64,000 nt of DNA from Eledone cirrhosa (GCA_964016885.1 OZ024760.1:5084001-5148000); one strand, 5' to 3'. Numbered from the stretch's first letter, positions 12,459-26,269 are shown. A program made the numbers and translations. Notes: a model not told the origin generated them from the sequence alone.

Positions 12459-13996
12459 TTAAGACAGGTTCTGAATATCAGCTGGTCCTCGTAGACTCTA
12501 GACACACAGATTTTTAAGGGAGCCAAAGTTGTGTACCATTTAAGCAATGGTACACAAGCAATGTTTACTTCAAAATGGATACCTTGTACAAACGAATGCT
12601 CAAAGAACCTTCAAGCAGGTGTTGTGTGGAGTGGTATGCAGGAAGTACTCTCAGCATGAACTAAAGCTATAATTTAAGGTCTCTTTAAAGTCCTCTTTGA
12701 AAACATTTAAAATAAGTAAGGTTAACTGGTAAAGAAATGCTTTTGGCTACCTAAAGTTGCTATTTATAAACATTTGAAATAACAAACCCATTTTTAAATG
12801 TTTTCTGCTAAATCATGACAGGATGTTAGGAGTTAAAGGAAAAGCACACGAACACATGCATATCATGACTCACACACTGTCCACTTTCCTGACATTTGTA
12901 CATTATTCTATGTACTGCACCCTTGATGAGTTGTAGTGCACTTGAGCACTGTACACAATAATTTCATTATGATATACATGTGTACGTATGTATGGAGGGG
13001 GGATATCAGGTGTAGTGTTGGCAAATTTCAGGAAGCATGGAGGTTTTAAAGGATGCAGTGTCTTGGCAGCTAACAACTGATGCAGCTAGCAACTCTGAGC
13101 CTGAAAAAACTCGATTCTTTTAATAGTCAGTGATGGCCTTTCTAAGACACATTTTAACAGCCATCATATATCATATGATGGCCCCCAAATTCTCCATTTT
13201 GTTTTACTTTTCTCCAATGCATTTGATGATGATGATGATGTGTTTTTGTCTTGAAACCTCTGGTAATGTAGAGTTAAGTGAGACTGTTAATATAAAGGTT
13301 TCCAGCTTCCGCATTAAGTGTTAATGCTTTTTTCTTCTTTTGTTTTGTTCTTGCAGAAACAGTTGTATAGGCCTTAGGAATCAGTATTTACCATCTTCAG
13401 GTAAGTTCATTGCTTACTTTCCCACTTTTCTTGCACCTTTATATCTCTATATCTACATTTTTATATATATATCCTTACTTACACGTTTCCACACTGGCCA
13501 GCACATACTTATGTACAAGCCTAATTCCTATAACAATACTTTTAATGTTCTCATCATTATAATTACTTTTACTATTATTAATACCTTCAGCCATTGTCGT
13601 TTAATCATTTTAATAACATCATTCTCAAATTTCGTAGATGGAAATCATTCAGCTATTCTAAGTAGAATATTCGGCTAATGATTTTTTTCATAGCATAAAT
13701 GTTTTTTCTTTGCAAGAAATTGCTCTTCTTGCTTCACATAATGACGTAATTATCCTCACATATTTTTTGTCCATCGCCAGAGAATGTCTTCACGAATCAA
13801 CATATTGTCTTCCTGTTTTCCTTCGGTTGTAACGTTTTTTGAAATATTTACTTCTGCGTCTACAGATTGATTTTTCTCAGTTTCAGAAGATCCCGTAAAA
13901 GGGTGAAAACAGTGATTCTTTGCTTAAACTTTAATATTTGTACTAATAATATATATATATTTCCATATACCGATTGTGTGGTTATTTCTGTTTACC

Positions 13997-14107
<111 letters not shown>

Positions 14108-14871
14108 GGTTAATGTTCCCATTTGAAATGGCAACAACAACAATTTAGGACAAAGTACTCAATATAAGAAGTGGAGTGGATACACTTGTAGAAGCCTCAA
14201 AGATCTTTAAGTCCGGGATATCCATGTCCAATTGCCCCATAACAAGTAAACTTTTTATAAGCACTCTGAGACTGATTTGCGTAGTTATCCATTCAAACCA
14301 TTTCTCATTGAGTTAGTAATGTGACCAGCCAAGAATATAGTGAATATATTTCCTATAACCTCGTTACTATAAATATATTTTTATATATTAAATTTGTGAC
14401 TCATGCAGGAATAGTTCTGTTTCTTTCTCTAAGAATTTATTTTAGAGAAGGAAACAGAATTGTTAATAACTAGTGCTGTTTTGTATTTTGCTAGAATGTC
14501 TTGCTAATGTGGTTTCAAGTAGTTTAATTAAAAATGGTTATAGTATCTTTACTGGTGGACAGATTGTTGTGAAAATTTGCAGCATTAGAGTAAAAACCTT
14601 AATTTTTTATGTGATGCAGTCATAGTGCTGTTTTGTATTTTACTAATGCAGTTTCATGTGGTAATGAACATTAAACATTAAGGTGAGGCAGGTGCTTTGT
14701 TGAAAAAGAAACGAAACTGTGAGAGTAACTCTATCATTGTATACTGATTATTTCAGTTAAGCAGTGCAATGTTGACAATGTAAAGCTTAGTGACACAGGT
14801 AACTTTTACTAACAGGTGTTTTAAGCAACAGGGTAGCACAGTGATTAAACACTGGCTGTGCTTTTTTTTAC

Positions 14872-15006
14872 CTGGATACACAGTGGAGGTCTTGAAGCAG
14901 TAGCGTTCATCACTGCCATCTTTACAGTGACTCACCCCATCACACTTGAGCAAGGAGTCAATACAACTGCCATCTTCACACCGGAACCGGCCCCATCCAC
15001 AAGAGA
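14872..15006 (-). CDS. LDLa-domain exon
   Basis: cag|TC TCT TGT...TAT CCA G|gtaaaa, 135 bp, phase 1-1. [36 protein letters not shown]. Confidence 0.9.
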
Positions 15007-15622
15007 CTGTATGGCCAGATAAGAAGAAATAAATAAATGGCGAGAAGGAAGAAAATATACAGGTTTAACATGTAGGAATGGCATGATGGATTGACATATA
15101 TGATTAACATGTAGGATTAATGAGTAGGATTAACATGTAGGGTTATCGTAAAGGATTAACAAATAGATTTAGCTTTTTAAATGTTTTTATTCAGTTTGCT
15201 TGAGTTCCAAAGTTCACTCAGTCCACCTGGAATTTTACTACTTAGACAAGTATTTTGACTCTTTTATAGCCCCAGTGAAGTTGTTTTAATCATGATTTGA
15301 ACACATCCTTTTTCCTGTTACTAATTTTTTCCCGTTATCAGTTTTTTACTGTTATCATCGTCACTTTAATATTGATGTTCCATGCTGACAAACAGCATAT
15401 CCCCAGTTACTTTAATCCTGCATCATTGTGTTCTTTGGCCAGCTTCTACTACAGCTTCTCTCTAAAGTTGTGAATTTAATGTGTTTGTTCAGAAACTGTG
15501 TAAATTTAAATTCAGTGGTATCTCTTTCTTACTTCCTCTCTCTCACGCTGACTCCCTTTCTCTGGAAGAGATTGGCTATGTTCAGATCTGGAGAGAGGAT
15601 GGACTAAGCTCTGCAGGTTTAA

Positions 15623-15842
15623 CCCTTTAGCATTCACATTACTCTATATATACTATTATATTTTAATGGTAAAGGCTTTACCTCACATAATTATCTCACA
15701 TAATATCAAATCTATGAGATATTGAAAGTATTTATTTTGAAAACAATATCTTAACACCAGTTTGAGCGACCAGTTACAGCCAGTTTCAACAGAAAGAGGT
15801 AGAGAATTCTGACCGGTTTTGGCCGGTTTGAACACTAAAGGG
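15623..15842. mobile_element. piggyBac-like MITE, copy 2
   Basis: TTAA-ccctttagcatt ... aacactaaaggg-TTAA. Confidence 0.85.
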
Positions 15843-16208
15843 TTAAAATGTTGCTATAGTACCTCTATGACTCTACCAGGAAGGAGAAATCCATATATAA
15901 TACACAGATAACAATATATATACACCCATTATGAGCTGAAGACAACAAAACGTGCTGTAAAAAGTTTGTATAAAAAGAGGAAGCATGATTTACATGAAAA
16001 TATTTTATTTTATATATTTTAAAACTGAGAATGAGAGCATGTGACTCATAAACCTTTACAGGTCCTCCCAAATTGGACAGGGTGATGTGGTTGGTGCTCA
16101 GCTTGGACTTCTGTAGGTTGGCAGTGGTAGGTGTGGGGAAGGGCAAATTAGGGTAGGGAGGTATGTGATGTAAAAAGAATGGCAGGGGAGAAACCACAGG
16201 AAGGGAAG

Positions 16209-16530
16209 TCATCATCATCACCGTTTTATGTCCATTCTTCCACGCTAGCATGGGTTAGACGGGTTGTCCTGTTGTGTGCAATGTTGGGTCAGGTGACCTT
16301 GTCTTGCTCATACAGGAACTGATTTTGGCTTGATTTCTACAGCTGAATGCCCTTACTAACACCAACCTCATTTACATTGAGTACTGGGTGCTTTTTTTCT
16401 GTGGCACCTACACGTCCACTTTACAGTATGGTCTGGATGCTTTTTTGCCATGACACCTCCACGACCACTTTACAGTGTGGGCTGGGTGATTTTTGTCGTG
16501 ACACCTCCACGACCACTTTACAGTGGGAGA
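16209..16530 (-). mobile_element. RTE 3'UTR-derived fragment or SINE with (GAT)n tail
   Basis: Reverse complement resembles the RTE 3' end at 10680-10920 (gtggttggtgttaggaagggcatccagctgtag...ggacgttaaatgatgat). Confidence 0.7.
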
Positions 16531-17109
16531 GGGTGGCGGCATATTGTCTATATGCTTTGGCTTCGGTTTGTTCCCGTGGGAAGTTGGGTCTTCTGTATTA
16601 CTGCATGATGCCAGAGGTCACGGATGTGTGTAAATTGAATGGTTCACAGTTTGCTTGCTTAAGAAGAGCCTGGAACTATGAGGCAATGTCCACCTGAGGT
16701 TCTACAAATCAGTGAGACAGAACGAGTGAAGGAAAAAATGTGACAACCTTTCATTGGCTGGTTCATGCTGTTACTGTTGGCCTCTACATGATGGCTGCCC
16801 CCTCTTTATCGAGTATGGCCATTGCATGATACACCATTATTAATAATTATTAATTAATTCTATTGTGCAATGAAGATTTTTTTTAAAGTGAGGAAAGACT
16901 GTGCACTGAGCCAATCCCACTCAAAGAAAAGATTATTGATATACAAACAACGTGGTTTAGTGAGGGAGGTTATTCCAATGACAAATGTATCAGTTATTCA
17001 AACAGTGGAACACTTTACAGTGTGTAGTGGGTGCTTTTTTTTCATGACACCTACATGACTACTTTACAATATATGCTGGGCACTTTTTGTCAATATCATT
17101 TTAAAGAAA

Positions 17110-17300
17110 GGTGGTGGATTAGCACTATCAGCAGAGGGTCGGACGCTATGCTTTGCAGCATAGAGTTACGGCCCTATATGATTTTAGTTCAAATCCTGCT
17201 GAGGTTAGCTTTGCCTTTCATCCTTACAGGCTCGATAAAATAAAGTACCAGTAATGCACTGGAGTAATTGCTGGCCTTGTGCCTAAAGTAGAAACAATTA
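17110..17300 (+). mobile_element. tRNA-derived SINE (octopus OK-like)
   Basis: B-box-like agttcaaatcc followed by gaggttagctttgcctttcatcc...gataaaataaagtaccag. Many copies in the window. Confidence 0.8.
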
Positions 17301-17554
17301 TTTTAAAGAAAGGCTAGAAATATATTAGTATGTAGGTTTCCTTAGTGGTTAGGGAATTGGATTTGCAATCATGAAGTTTTGAGTTCGATTCCCAGAAGCT
17401 GCAACAGGTAGATAGTAACAGCAATAGAAAGACCAATGGAAATATTGTTTCCTTGGTCCAATTTGACAAGTTCCACCCATCTCAGTAAGCAAATGAGGTC
17501 TGGGATCTTGTTGATTAATTCAAAATTAAAATCTTCCAACATCATTTCATATCA

Positions 17555-17750
17555 GAATCAGTGGAGCGTCGGACACCATGCTTTGCAGCATAGCTATGGT
17601 CCTTTACAGTCTGATTTCAAATCCCGCCAAGGTTAGCTTTGCCTTTCATCCTTACAGGGTTGATAAAATAAAGCACCAGACTGGGGTCTATTTAATTGAC
17701 TTTCTCCTCTCCCCAAATTGCTGGCCTTGTGTCAATAGTAGAAATGATTA
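17555..17750 (+). mobile_element. tRNA-derived SINE copy
   Basis: Homologous to 17110-17300. Confidence 0.75.
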
Positions 17751-18109
17751 CTAAATTCTACATTAACCCACTTGGTAAGTGAATGAGGATCTTGTTGATT
17801 GATTTGATCAATTGAATCCACATAGTCCATGGTATGTTTCATCATATACAAGTAACATTTGATATGTAAAAGACTACAAATGGTGTGCTTTGATAAAGAT
17901 ACTATTACATGCAATAAATTCAAAGGTGACAGTGTAAAAGTTGCAAGTGGTGCATTCTACTTGTGATGTGACAACCGGTGATGTGATAACCTTGATATCA
18001 TGCAACATATCATGCTTTTAATGATATTTTATTTTTATTCAATGTTTCTCAGTGCACATATATATAAATACACATATATGAATAAAGCTCTCTCTCTCTC
18101 TATATATAT

Positions 18110-18235
18110 ATATGAAAGGAGTCAGGACCCCGTTGGGGTCCTGACTCTTTTCATATTACCCACTCTACTACCCTAAGTATTGAGTACTGTAGTGCATTAT
18201 GGTTCACATGGTATCTTACCACACCTTCTTTGTTA
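18110..18235 (+). repeat. Palindrome (18110-18156) plus tail element, family A
   Basis: atatgaaaggagtcaggacccc-gtt-ggggtcctgactcttttcatat, then tail tacccactctactaccctaagtattgagtac...ttgtta. Flanked by TA. Confidence 0.8.
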
Positions 18236-18620
18236 TATATATATATATGGCTTCTGCAGGACAGAAGATTTCCTTAGAATGAAACAGCTCTAGTCCTGTA
18301 GAAGCCATTTCTATATTAAATATTGTAAATACTGTACTATGTATTGAGTACCTTACTTGCTGTGGTTACCCCCGATTGAATACATATACATACACATACA
18401 TATATATTAAACAGGATCTTCAGAAGATGAAACTTCAGAAGATCCTGTAATAGGGTGAAAGCAGCGATTCTTTGCTTAGAATTTAATCTGTGCTATTAAA
18501 TAATATTTGCCCTATGCGTTTACATATATTTTTGTATATATATATATACAATCCTTAATGAGCCCTCTTCGGATTTTGGTCTTCTTAAATATTATTACTA
18601 CTATATATATATATATTAAT

Positions 18621-18727
18621 AATTGTTTCTACTTTTGGCACAGGCCAGCAATTACCCAGTGCATTACTGGTACTTTATTTTATCGACCCCGTAAGGATGA
18701 AAGGCAAAGTCAACCTTGGCGGGATTT
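18621..18727 (-). mobile_element. SINE 3' half
   Basis: Reverse complement of the 3' part of 25281-25461. Confidence 0.75.
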
Positions 18728-18772
18728 AATAATAATAGTATTAAACGAAAGATAGATACTTTATATCATCTC

Positions 18773-18849
18773 ATTTCATTATATATATTTCGAAGTTGTA
18801 AAGTTTTATGTATAACATAAAGCAAAACATGTCCTCCTCAGACAAAATA
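18773..18849 (-). ncRNA. Degenerate hammerhead related to the Penelope pLTR motif
   Basis: tattttgt-CTGAGGA-(longer stem II)-GAAA-tatata-TA-atgaaat. Stems I and III match those of 8884-8948. Confidence 0.6.
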
Positions 18850-19483
18850 CATAGAAAATGTATAATTTTTTTCCTGATATGCTGGTAGATAAATGAACTG
18901 GACAGATCGGTGACCACCAAGCATATATATACATATGAGGTTCAGAGAAAATGTAGAGAACTCAGATACAGTTGGAAAATCAGGTAAAGACTCCTTATAG
19001 AAGGGGTCTTTACCAAAATTTCTAAGTTATTTATAGAACTCAACTGTATTTACAGTTATTTTTTGCATTTAAGTTTCTAACATTTTCTATGAATCTCATG
19101 ATTCTTCAGTGCTATAAGACATATATATATAATATATTGATCGTTATCAGGTATTTTGTTTTAATGTTTTAAATTAAATTTAATAAGATATTCAACGAAT
19201 TATGTAATCTTACATTCAGTGCAGATTGTCTTTAGTTTAACTTGTCTTTAGTTTAACTTTAGTTTAACTTATGTGTGTATGGATATATTTTATTCACTTT
19301 CTTATAATGATTAAGATTCGATTTCATTCTTTGAATTCTATCTTGAGCTGTTTTTTGAGTCAAGACATATGTTTGATTTTGTATCATTCAGGACATCTTT
19401 TACTTTGAATGTAATAATAATAATAATTGTTTCTACTTTAGGCACAAGGCCAGCAATTACCCAGTGCATTACTGGTACTTTAT

Positions 19484-19516
<33 letters not shown>

Positions 19517-19729
19517 TATATATATGAGGTGGACCATGAGCTTGAGTGGTTTCAGCTTGTAATAAACTCTCCAAGTTGCTTCAGGAATGAGTGTGTGTGT
19601 ATATATATAAACATACACACACACACATATATTTAGTTGATTTACAAAGTATTTGAAATTTGAAATTATAGTCCCCAATTTTTCCATTGTTTTTCAATTG
19701 TCTTTGTCCTATCCACCCCTGTTTTGAAC

Positions 19730-19784
<55 letters not shown>

Positions 19785-19805
19785 AATAAAAATAAAAATA
19801 AGAAG

Positions 19806-19970
19806 AAAGCACAAACGGGGGACATTCCCATCATCAGTTGCCTGCTGGAGATCACGGTGCATAGAAATGTCTGTGATTTCCAGCAGACAATTGATGATGA
19901 GAATGTCCCCTGTTTGTGCTTTCCTCTTATTTCTAAATACACTTTATCAAGTAACCACACAGCTCCCTGA
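19806..19970 (+). repeat. Palindrome (arms 19806-19856 / 19872-19922) plus tail
   Basis: aaagcacaaacgggggacattcccatcatcagttgcctgctggagatcac / gtgatttccagcagacaattgatgatgagaatgtcccctgtttgtgcttt. Confidence 0.8.
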
Positions 19971-20301
19971 TATGTATATAATCAAACATATATATTGAGT
20001 TAAAAACTCACAATAGTCCCTTATAATCAAATTAACTCAAGGAAAAAGTTTTCCGAGACTAATAAGAGTTTTGTGAACTATACTATCTTTAGTCAGTATT
20101 TTCTTCACCCTGGAGGTTTCTGTCCCTTGTAATTTGAAACACACACATATATATATATGTGTGTGTGTTCGTCTCTCGTTACTGTCTTATATATTAACTT
20201 TGATATCTCTACCTACTAACAAAAATCTACGAAGCCAAGCAGTGGGCAGTGCATATTTTACTACAAATACAAACACAATCTATTTCTCTACTCCTCATTA
20301 C

Positions 20302-20436
20302 CTGGTTGTTGTGTCGTACTCCTAATGCAGTTTTTCTCATCCTTCCCATCTTTGCAGTTTTGTACACCGTCGCACACCTGATATGCATCAATGCATTCGC
20401 CATCGTTGCAGCGAAACTGATCCCTTTCACAACTCC
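20302..20436 (-). CDS. LDLa-domain exon (NAGNAG acceptor; alternative start 20439)
   Basis: tagcag|GG AGT TGT...CAA CCA G|gtaatg, phase 1-1. [36 protein letters not shown]. Confidence 0.9.
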
Positions 20437-20852
20437 CTGCTATTTAGTAATTAAAAACAATATAAAAATATCAAATGGGTTTTCTTTTTCTCGACCAAAA
20501 AAGGAAAAGCAAATATACAGATAAAACAGATAAAACAAATTTAAATGCAATTTTATAGTTATGTATATATGTATCGGGGGCAGTGGAAACATTTCTGAAA
20601 TTGAAAGGGGGGGAGGGGGGGAAAATTTGGTCAATTTAGTTGTAGTGATTAGTTTAGCTGTTTTTATCAATATTAACCAAGATATAAAACACTTTGATAT
20701 GCGATAAACATAATATGGACATAAAATGTAGCGCACATACAAATAGATGTGGGTTTTGGTAGTTTTGGTAGAAATAATATAATTATTGGGAGGGTCATGA
20801 CACTTCTGGCCCCACCCCAGTTCCATCACCCGTGTATATGTGTGTATATATA

Positions 20853-21054
20853 TAACGAAGGAAATATGGTAAGGAACCAGATGGACCATAACACACCAAA
20901 GTACTCAATACTTAGGGTAGTAGGGTAATAGGAACGAGTAGGACCCCGACGGCTGAGCTAAAACCGTTTCGACGGCTAATTCTGGACTAAATTAGTCCAG
21001 AATTAGCTGTCGAAACGGCTTGAGCTCAGCCGTCGGGGTCCTACTCGTTCCTAT
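20853..21054 (-). repeat. Palindrome (63 bp arms, 20928-21054) plus tail, family A
   Basis: Arms 20928-20990 and 20992-21054 with 3 mismatches. The tail is homologous to 18157-18235 in reverse. Confidence 0.85.
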
Positions 21055-21500
21055 ATATATACAAATGGAAGTTCAGCATAATCGAAGCTCTGGCTGCAGC
21101 TATGCTAACGAATGCAATCGGAATGTGCAGCTAAGCACTCAATAAGGTATTTTACCTTAGAGAAATAACATTACATTTAGACAGCTTGGCAAATTGAAGA
21201 TTGTGACTGGTAAGCCAGCCGCAAGGACCAAAGCAATGAGAAAACCGACTCGAGATAATTTGACAAACCTATATATATATATGTCTGTGTGTCTATTGTA
21301 TTTCCTATTCACATTGTCCCAAATTTCCCAAGCAATCTTAATATATCTGTGTGTGTGTCTGTTTCTACCCGTAACTCCTGATGGACTTGTAGGGGTGCTG
21401 TAGTGAAATACAGTGTTTTGGGGGGCATGACAAGAGGCCGTGACAGAGAGGAAGTGATAAAGAGATTTAGAGGGAGAATCAACCTAAATATTTGGGGGGG

Positions 21501-21615
21501 TACCATATTTATCGACTTTGAAAGGATGAAAGGTAAAGTTGACCTTGGTGGCTTTGAACTCAGAGTGCAGAGAGCCGGAATGTATACTGCAAAGCAGTTT
21601 ATACAATGTCCTAAT
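21501..21615 (-). mobile_element. tRNA-derived SINE copy
   Basis: tttatcgactttgaaaggatgaaaggtaaagttgaccttggtggctttgaactcag is the reverse of the SINE body. Confidence 0.7.
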
Positions 21616-21637
21616 GGCTCTTGTGTATATATATAAA

Positions 21638-21840
21638 TCATCATCATCATCATCATTTTATGTCCATTCTTCCCCGCTAGCATGGATTAGACGGGTTGTC
21701 TTGTTGTGGGCAATGCCAGGGTGGGTTACCTTGTCTTGCTCATACGGGAACTGATTTTGGGTTGGCTTCTACAGCTGGATGCCCTTCCTACAACCAACCA
21801 CATTTACAGTGAGTGCTGGGTGCTTTTTTACTGTGGCGCC
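21638..21840 (-). mobile_element. RTE 3'UTR-derived fragment
   Basis: Homologous to 16209-16410, with (TCA)n at the left end. Confidence 0.7.
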
Positions 21841-21873
21841 TATATATGTATATATAAATATATAAATATATAT

Positions 21874-22000
<127 letters not shown>

Positions 22001-22003
22001 TAA

Positions 22004-22036
<33 letters not shown>

Positions 22037-22514
22037 AGCCTACATGGATTAAAATATTGGAAAATAAAATAGAAAATGTAATTGGAGTCTTTTAAGAAGA
22101 TTTAATTTAAATACATTTTCTTAACAAATCCAATTGCATTTTCAATTTCTATTTCCAATATGTATGCATGTATATATATGTGTTGAAACAATTGTCAGTT
22201 TATATATGCCTTAAATACTTTGGTTTGTAAACAAACCATAACTATATAACAGCTCTGCAGGATCGTCATTGCATTGAGCTAAAAACCACCTAGTAAATGA
22301 GTATATTTACTCTCATTAATATTATTATAATACTATTATTATTATTTAAATTTTGAAGACCAACACAATATGTATAGAGAATGTTAAACTGCCAAGATAA
22401 CGAAAGAATCTTACCGTAGCAAATTTGTTGGTCTTCAAAATTTAAATTTGTGATTCCTATTAAACAATGCTTCAAGCAAGCTACAAAACTATATTATTAT
22501 TTTTATTGCTCATC

Positions 22515-22850
22515 ATTACTGCTTTACCAAGCAGGGCTCTGTGTGCCTTGGGTATGAACAGTGTAGTGTTTGTTGATGTTTCTATTGTATTGATAGTACT
22601 TTTTGTATTGTGTGCAGTGCCTAGTAGTGCTATTTTTGTATGCTGTATATATTTGTAAGTCCTGGGGTTTTGGTTATGTATTAATCTGTGTGTGTTTTTT
22701 TATTCCCAGAGCGCCTATTATTATAGGTATTGTTTCAGTTATCATTTTCCACATTCGAGTTATTTCTATCTCTAGCTCTTTATATTTGGAGAATTTCTCT
22801 AATTCCTTGGGAGATATATTGTCACCTGTGGGGCTTGATACCTCTAATGT
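22515..22850 (-). mobile_element. C-terminal RLE-endonuclease fragment of an R4/Dong-type non-LTR retrotransposon
   Basis: EVSSPTGDNISPKELEKFSKYKELEIEITRMWK...IPIIIGALG...IQKIALLGTAH. Flanked by (ATT)n. Confidence 0.75.
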
Positions 22851-23177
22851 TTTCATTATTACTATTATTATTATCAATCTTCATAATGTTATGAATACGA
22901 TAGATTTTATTCTGTTTAATTTATTATATTACAATTTATGTTTTGCATTTGTCAACGTTAGCAAGATAGAGCTGTGAGAATTTGAATATAAAAATTTAAA
23001 TATAAAAATTATAAATTTAAAAATTATAAATATAAAAATTTATATATAGAAATGATTGAATAAAAAAAATACAAATCAATACAGAAGAGAGCAATCAATA
23101 ATTAATCATCTTTTGAAAAAACACGTGAATATGATTACATAAATGTATATGTGTGTGCGTGTAATATATATATATAT

Positions 23178-23319
23178 ATATGAAAAGATTCAGGACCCCA
23201 ATGGTTGAGTTCCGGCTGTTTCAACTGCTAGATCTAGCAGTTGAAACGGCTGGAGCTCAGCCATCAGGGTCCTGAATCTTTTCATATTACCCACTCTACT
23301 ACCCCAAGTATTGAGTACT

Positions 23320-23322
<3 letters not shown>
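23178..23322 (+). repeat. Palindrome (23178-23287) plus tail, family A
   Basis: Centred on ctagatctag. Tail tacccactctactaccccaagtattgagtac. Confidence 0.8.
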
Positions 23323-23408
<86 letters not shown>

Positions 23409-23493
23409 AGAAAACACACTAGAGAGAGTGTGTTTATCAATTACAGGGACTAACACGAGTTTTTGACTCCGTTACTTCATTTTGATATATATA

Positions 23494-23584
<91 letters not shown>

Positions 23585-23589
23585 TATAT

Positions 23590-23622
<33 letters not shown>

Positions 23623-23639
23623 GTAAAAGAATGAAGAAT

Positions 23640-23880
23640 AACATGGTCGGCTGTACAATAGGGTTTATTTACAGTATTGACAATTAATCAGGTGAGGCTT
23701 TTAGACTCACCTGGTTAAAGAAACAATTGTTAATACTGTAAATAAACCTTATTGTACAGCTGACCATGTTCATTCTATTACTCCAAGAACCGCCTGCCTA
23801 CGGCACACGTTAAAACTATCCTCGACACAAAGTACTCACAACCTCTAGCTGGATTACCTTAAACGATACTTTGTTATCCT
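23640..23880 (+). repeat. Imperfect palindrome (23640-23770) plus tail
   Basis: acatggtcggctgtacaatagggtttatttacagtattgacaatt / aattgttaatactgtaaataaaccttattgtacagctgaccatgt. Tail ends actttgtta. Confidence 0.75.
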
Positions 23881-24279
23881 ATATATATATACATAACCAC
23901 TAATAATTAAATGTGAGCCCTCTGAATCACGGACAGGCACTTTGGAAATGAAATCATTGTACACATTTAATTTTTCGTCCATTGCCATTTTTTTGTCTTT
24001 TTTTTAGTTTCAGAAAATCTCACTAAGAGTGAAAACAGTGATTCTTTCCTTCATCTTTAATCTGTTTTACAATTTATATATATGTATAAATATTTGCACA
24101 CACAGACACACACACACACATATACATTCTACAAGAACACCACCTCCACCAAATACTTAATCAAACTTAAAAGCTATCACACACAAATCAGAATCCCCAA
24201 ATCTACTGCTGTTCTCAATGCAAGCCTGTTCCTCATCTTCCAGGAACTCAATGCTCCGTTAAAAACCTGACTCCATGAC

Positions 24280-24384
24280 ACCACTAGGGGAAATAACATT
24301 CTTGACCCTGTCTTTACCACCAATACAACCTTCATTCACAATGTTCAGGTCTTTACAACAGCTATTATTGACCACAACATGAAG
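24280..24384 (+). mobile_element. APE-endonuclease fragment of a CR1/L2-type LINE
   Basis: TRGNNILDPVFTTN...IDHNM matches the PTRGxNILDLVFT...SDH motif. Confidence 0.6.
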
Positions 24385-24423
24385 TCACATGCAATCAGGA
24401 CCTTCTTAGTTTGATTCTTGAGC

Positions 24424-24572
24424 TTCACCTTATTTGGATCAGCAGCTCAGTTTAAACTGAGCTGCTGATCCAAATAAGGTGAAACAATTGTTGTGGAACT
24501 ACTTTTACCAAACTAGTCCCATGGACTGAGTGCTCTACTACTATGGATATAGCCCACCAGTTTTCTACTATT
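24424..24572 (+). repeat. Perfect 60 bp palindrome (24424-24483) plus tail
   Basis: ttcaccttatttggatcagcagctcagttt|aaactgagctgctgatccaaataaggtgaa. Confidence 0.85.
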
Positions 24573-24629
24573 ATATGTATATATATGTATATATATATAT
24601 ATGTATACATATATGTATATATATATATG

Positions 24630-24660
<31 letters not shown>

Positions 24661-24671
24661 GTGTGTATATA

Positions 24672-24716
<45 letters not shown>

Positions 24717-24831
24717 GTATATATATATGTATATATATATATATGTATATATATATATGTATATATATATGTATATGTATATATATATATGTATATGTAT
24801 ATATATATGTATATATATGTATATATGTATA

Positions 24832-24868
<37 letters not shown>

Positions 24869-24897
24869 GTATATATATGTATATATATATATGTATA

Positions 24898-24936
<39 letters not shown>

Positions 24937-25280
24937 ATATATATGTATATATATATGTATATATATATGTATATATATATATGTGTATATATATATGTGT
25001 ATATATATATATGTGTATATATATATATGTGTATATATATATATGTATATATATATATATAAGTATATATCGACGGACCCTCTTAAAATGCTATAAGAAT
25101 ATAGTATATATAAGTATATATATATGTATATATATATGTATATATGTATATATATATATATAGATATATGTATAGATATATGTATATGTATACAAATAAA
25201 ATATAGAGTTATTAACTCATATAGGTACTCTGCAATTAAAACAAGCTCAAAGTATAAATACCGAGCATTATATAGTAATA

Positions 25281-25461
25281 GGTGGTGGATTGGCAGTATC
25301 GGTAGAGGGTCGGACGCTATGCTTTCCAACATAGTTACTTCCCTTTACGCTCTGAGTTCAAATCCCGCCGAGGTTGACTTTGCCTTTCATCCTTATGGGG
25401 TCGATAAAATAAAGTACCACTGGGTAATTGCTGGCCTTGTGCCTAAAGTAGAAACAATTAA
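25281..25461 (+). mobile_element. tRNA-derived SINE, near full length
   Basis: A-box-like tggcagtatcgg, B-box-like gagttcaaatcc, and a body shared with the other copies. Confidence 0.8.
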
Positions 25462-25470
25462 ATAGTAATA

Positions 25471-25580
25471 TATATGTATAAATAAACAGTAAATCTCGTG
25501 TCTAAAATTACGAGGGTTAGTGGTACCTTATACCCTCGTAATTTTAGACACGAGATTTACTGTGTTTATTTATACATATA
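25471..25580. repeat. ~46 bp-arm palindrome in (TA)n
   Basis: gtataaataaacagtaaatctcgtgtctaaaattacgagggt / accctcgtaattttagacacgagatttactgtgtttatttatac. Confidence 0.85.
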
Positions 25581-25660
25581 TATTACTATGTATATGTATA
25601 TATATATATAGATATATGTATATATATATAGATATATGTATATATATATATATATATGTG

Positions 25661-25694
<34 letters not shown>

Positions 25695-25702
25695 GATATA
25701 TG

Positions 25703-25734
<32 letters not shown>

Positions 25735-25756
25735 GATATATGTATATATATATAGA

Positions 25757-25823
<67 letters not shown>

Positions 25824-25892
25824 GTATATGTATATGTATAGGCATATATAAATTTGTATGTATATATATATGTATATATATATATATATTTG

Positions 25893-25938
<46 letters not shown>

Positions 25939-26269
25939 GTAGTAGAGTGGGTAATAGGAAAAGAGTCAGGACCCCTGTTTGGATCTAGCTGTCGCAACTG
26001 CCGTCGGGGTTCTGACTCTTATTCTATAAATATATCTATATATATCTATATATATATATATATAGATATATATATATAAATGGCTCACTACAGGACAAGA
26101 ACTATTTCATTCAAAAGAAATTGTCAGGAACTGTTGATTTCTTTTGAACGAAAAACTTCTAGTACTGTAGAAGCCATTTCCATATTAAATGTTATGTCTA
26201 CACTCTACTAATGTATTGAGTACTGTGTGGTGGCCTCCAATTGAGCCCAGGTCTTATATATATATATAA

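Noticed and set aside
17336-17400. tRNA gene
   Set aside because: Has A/B-box-like motifs but no clean cloverleaf. More likely a decayed SINE head.
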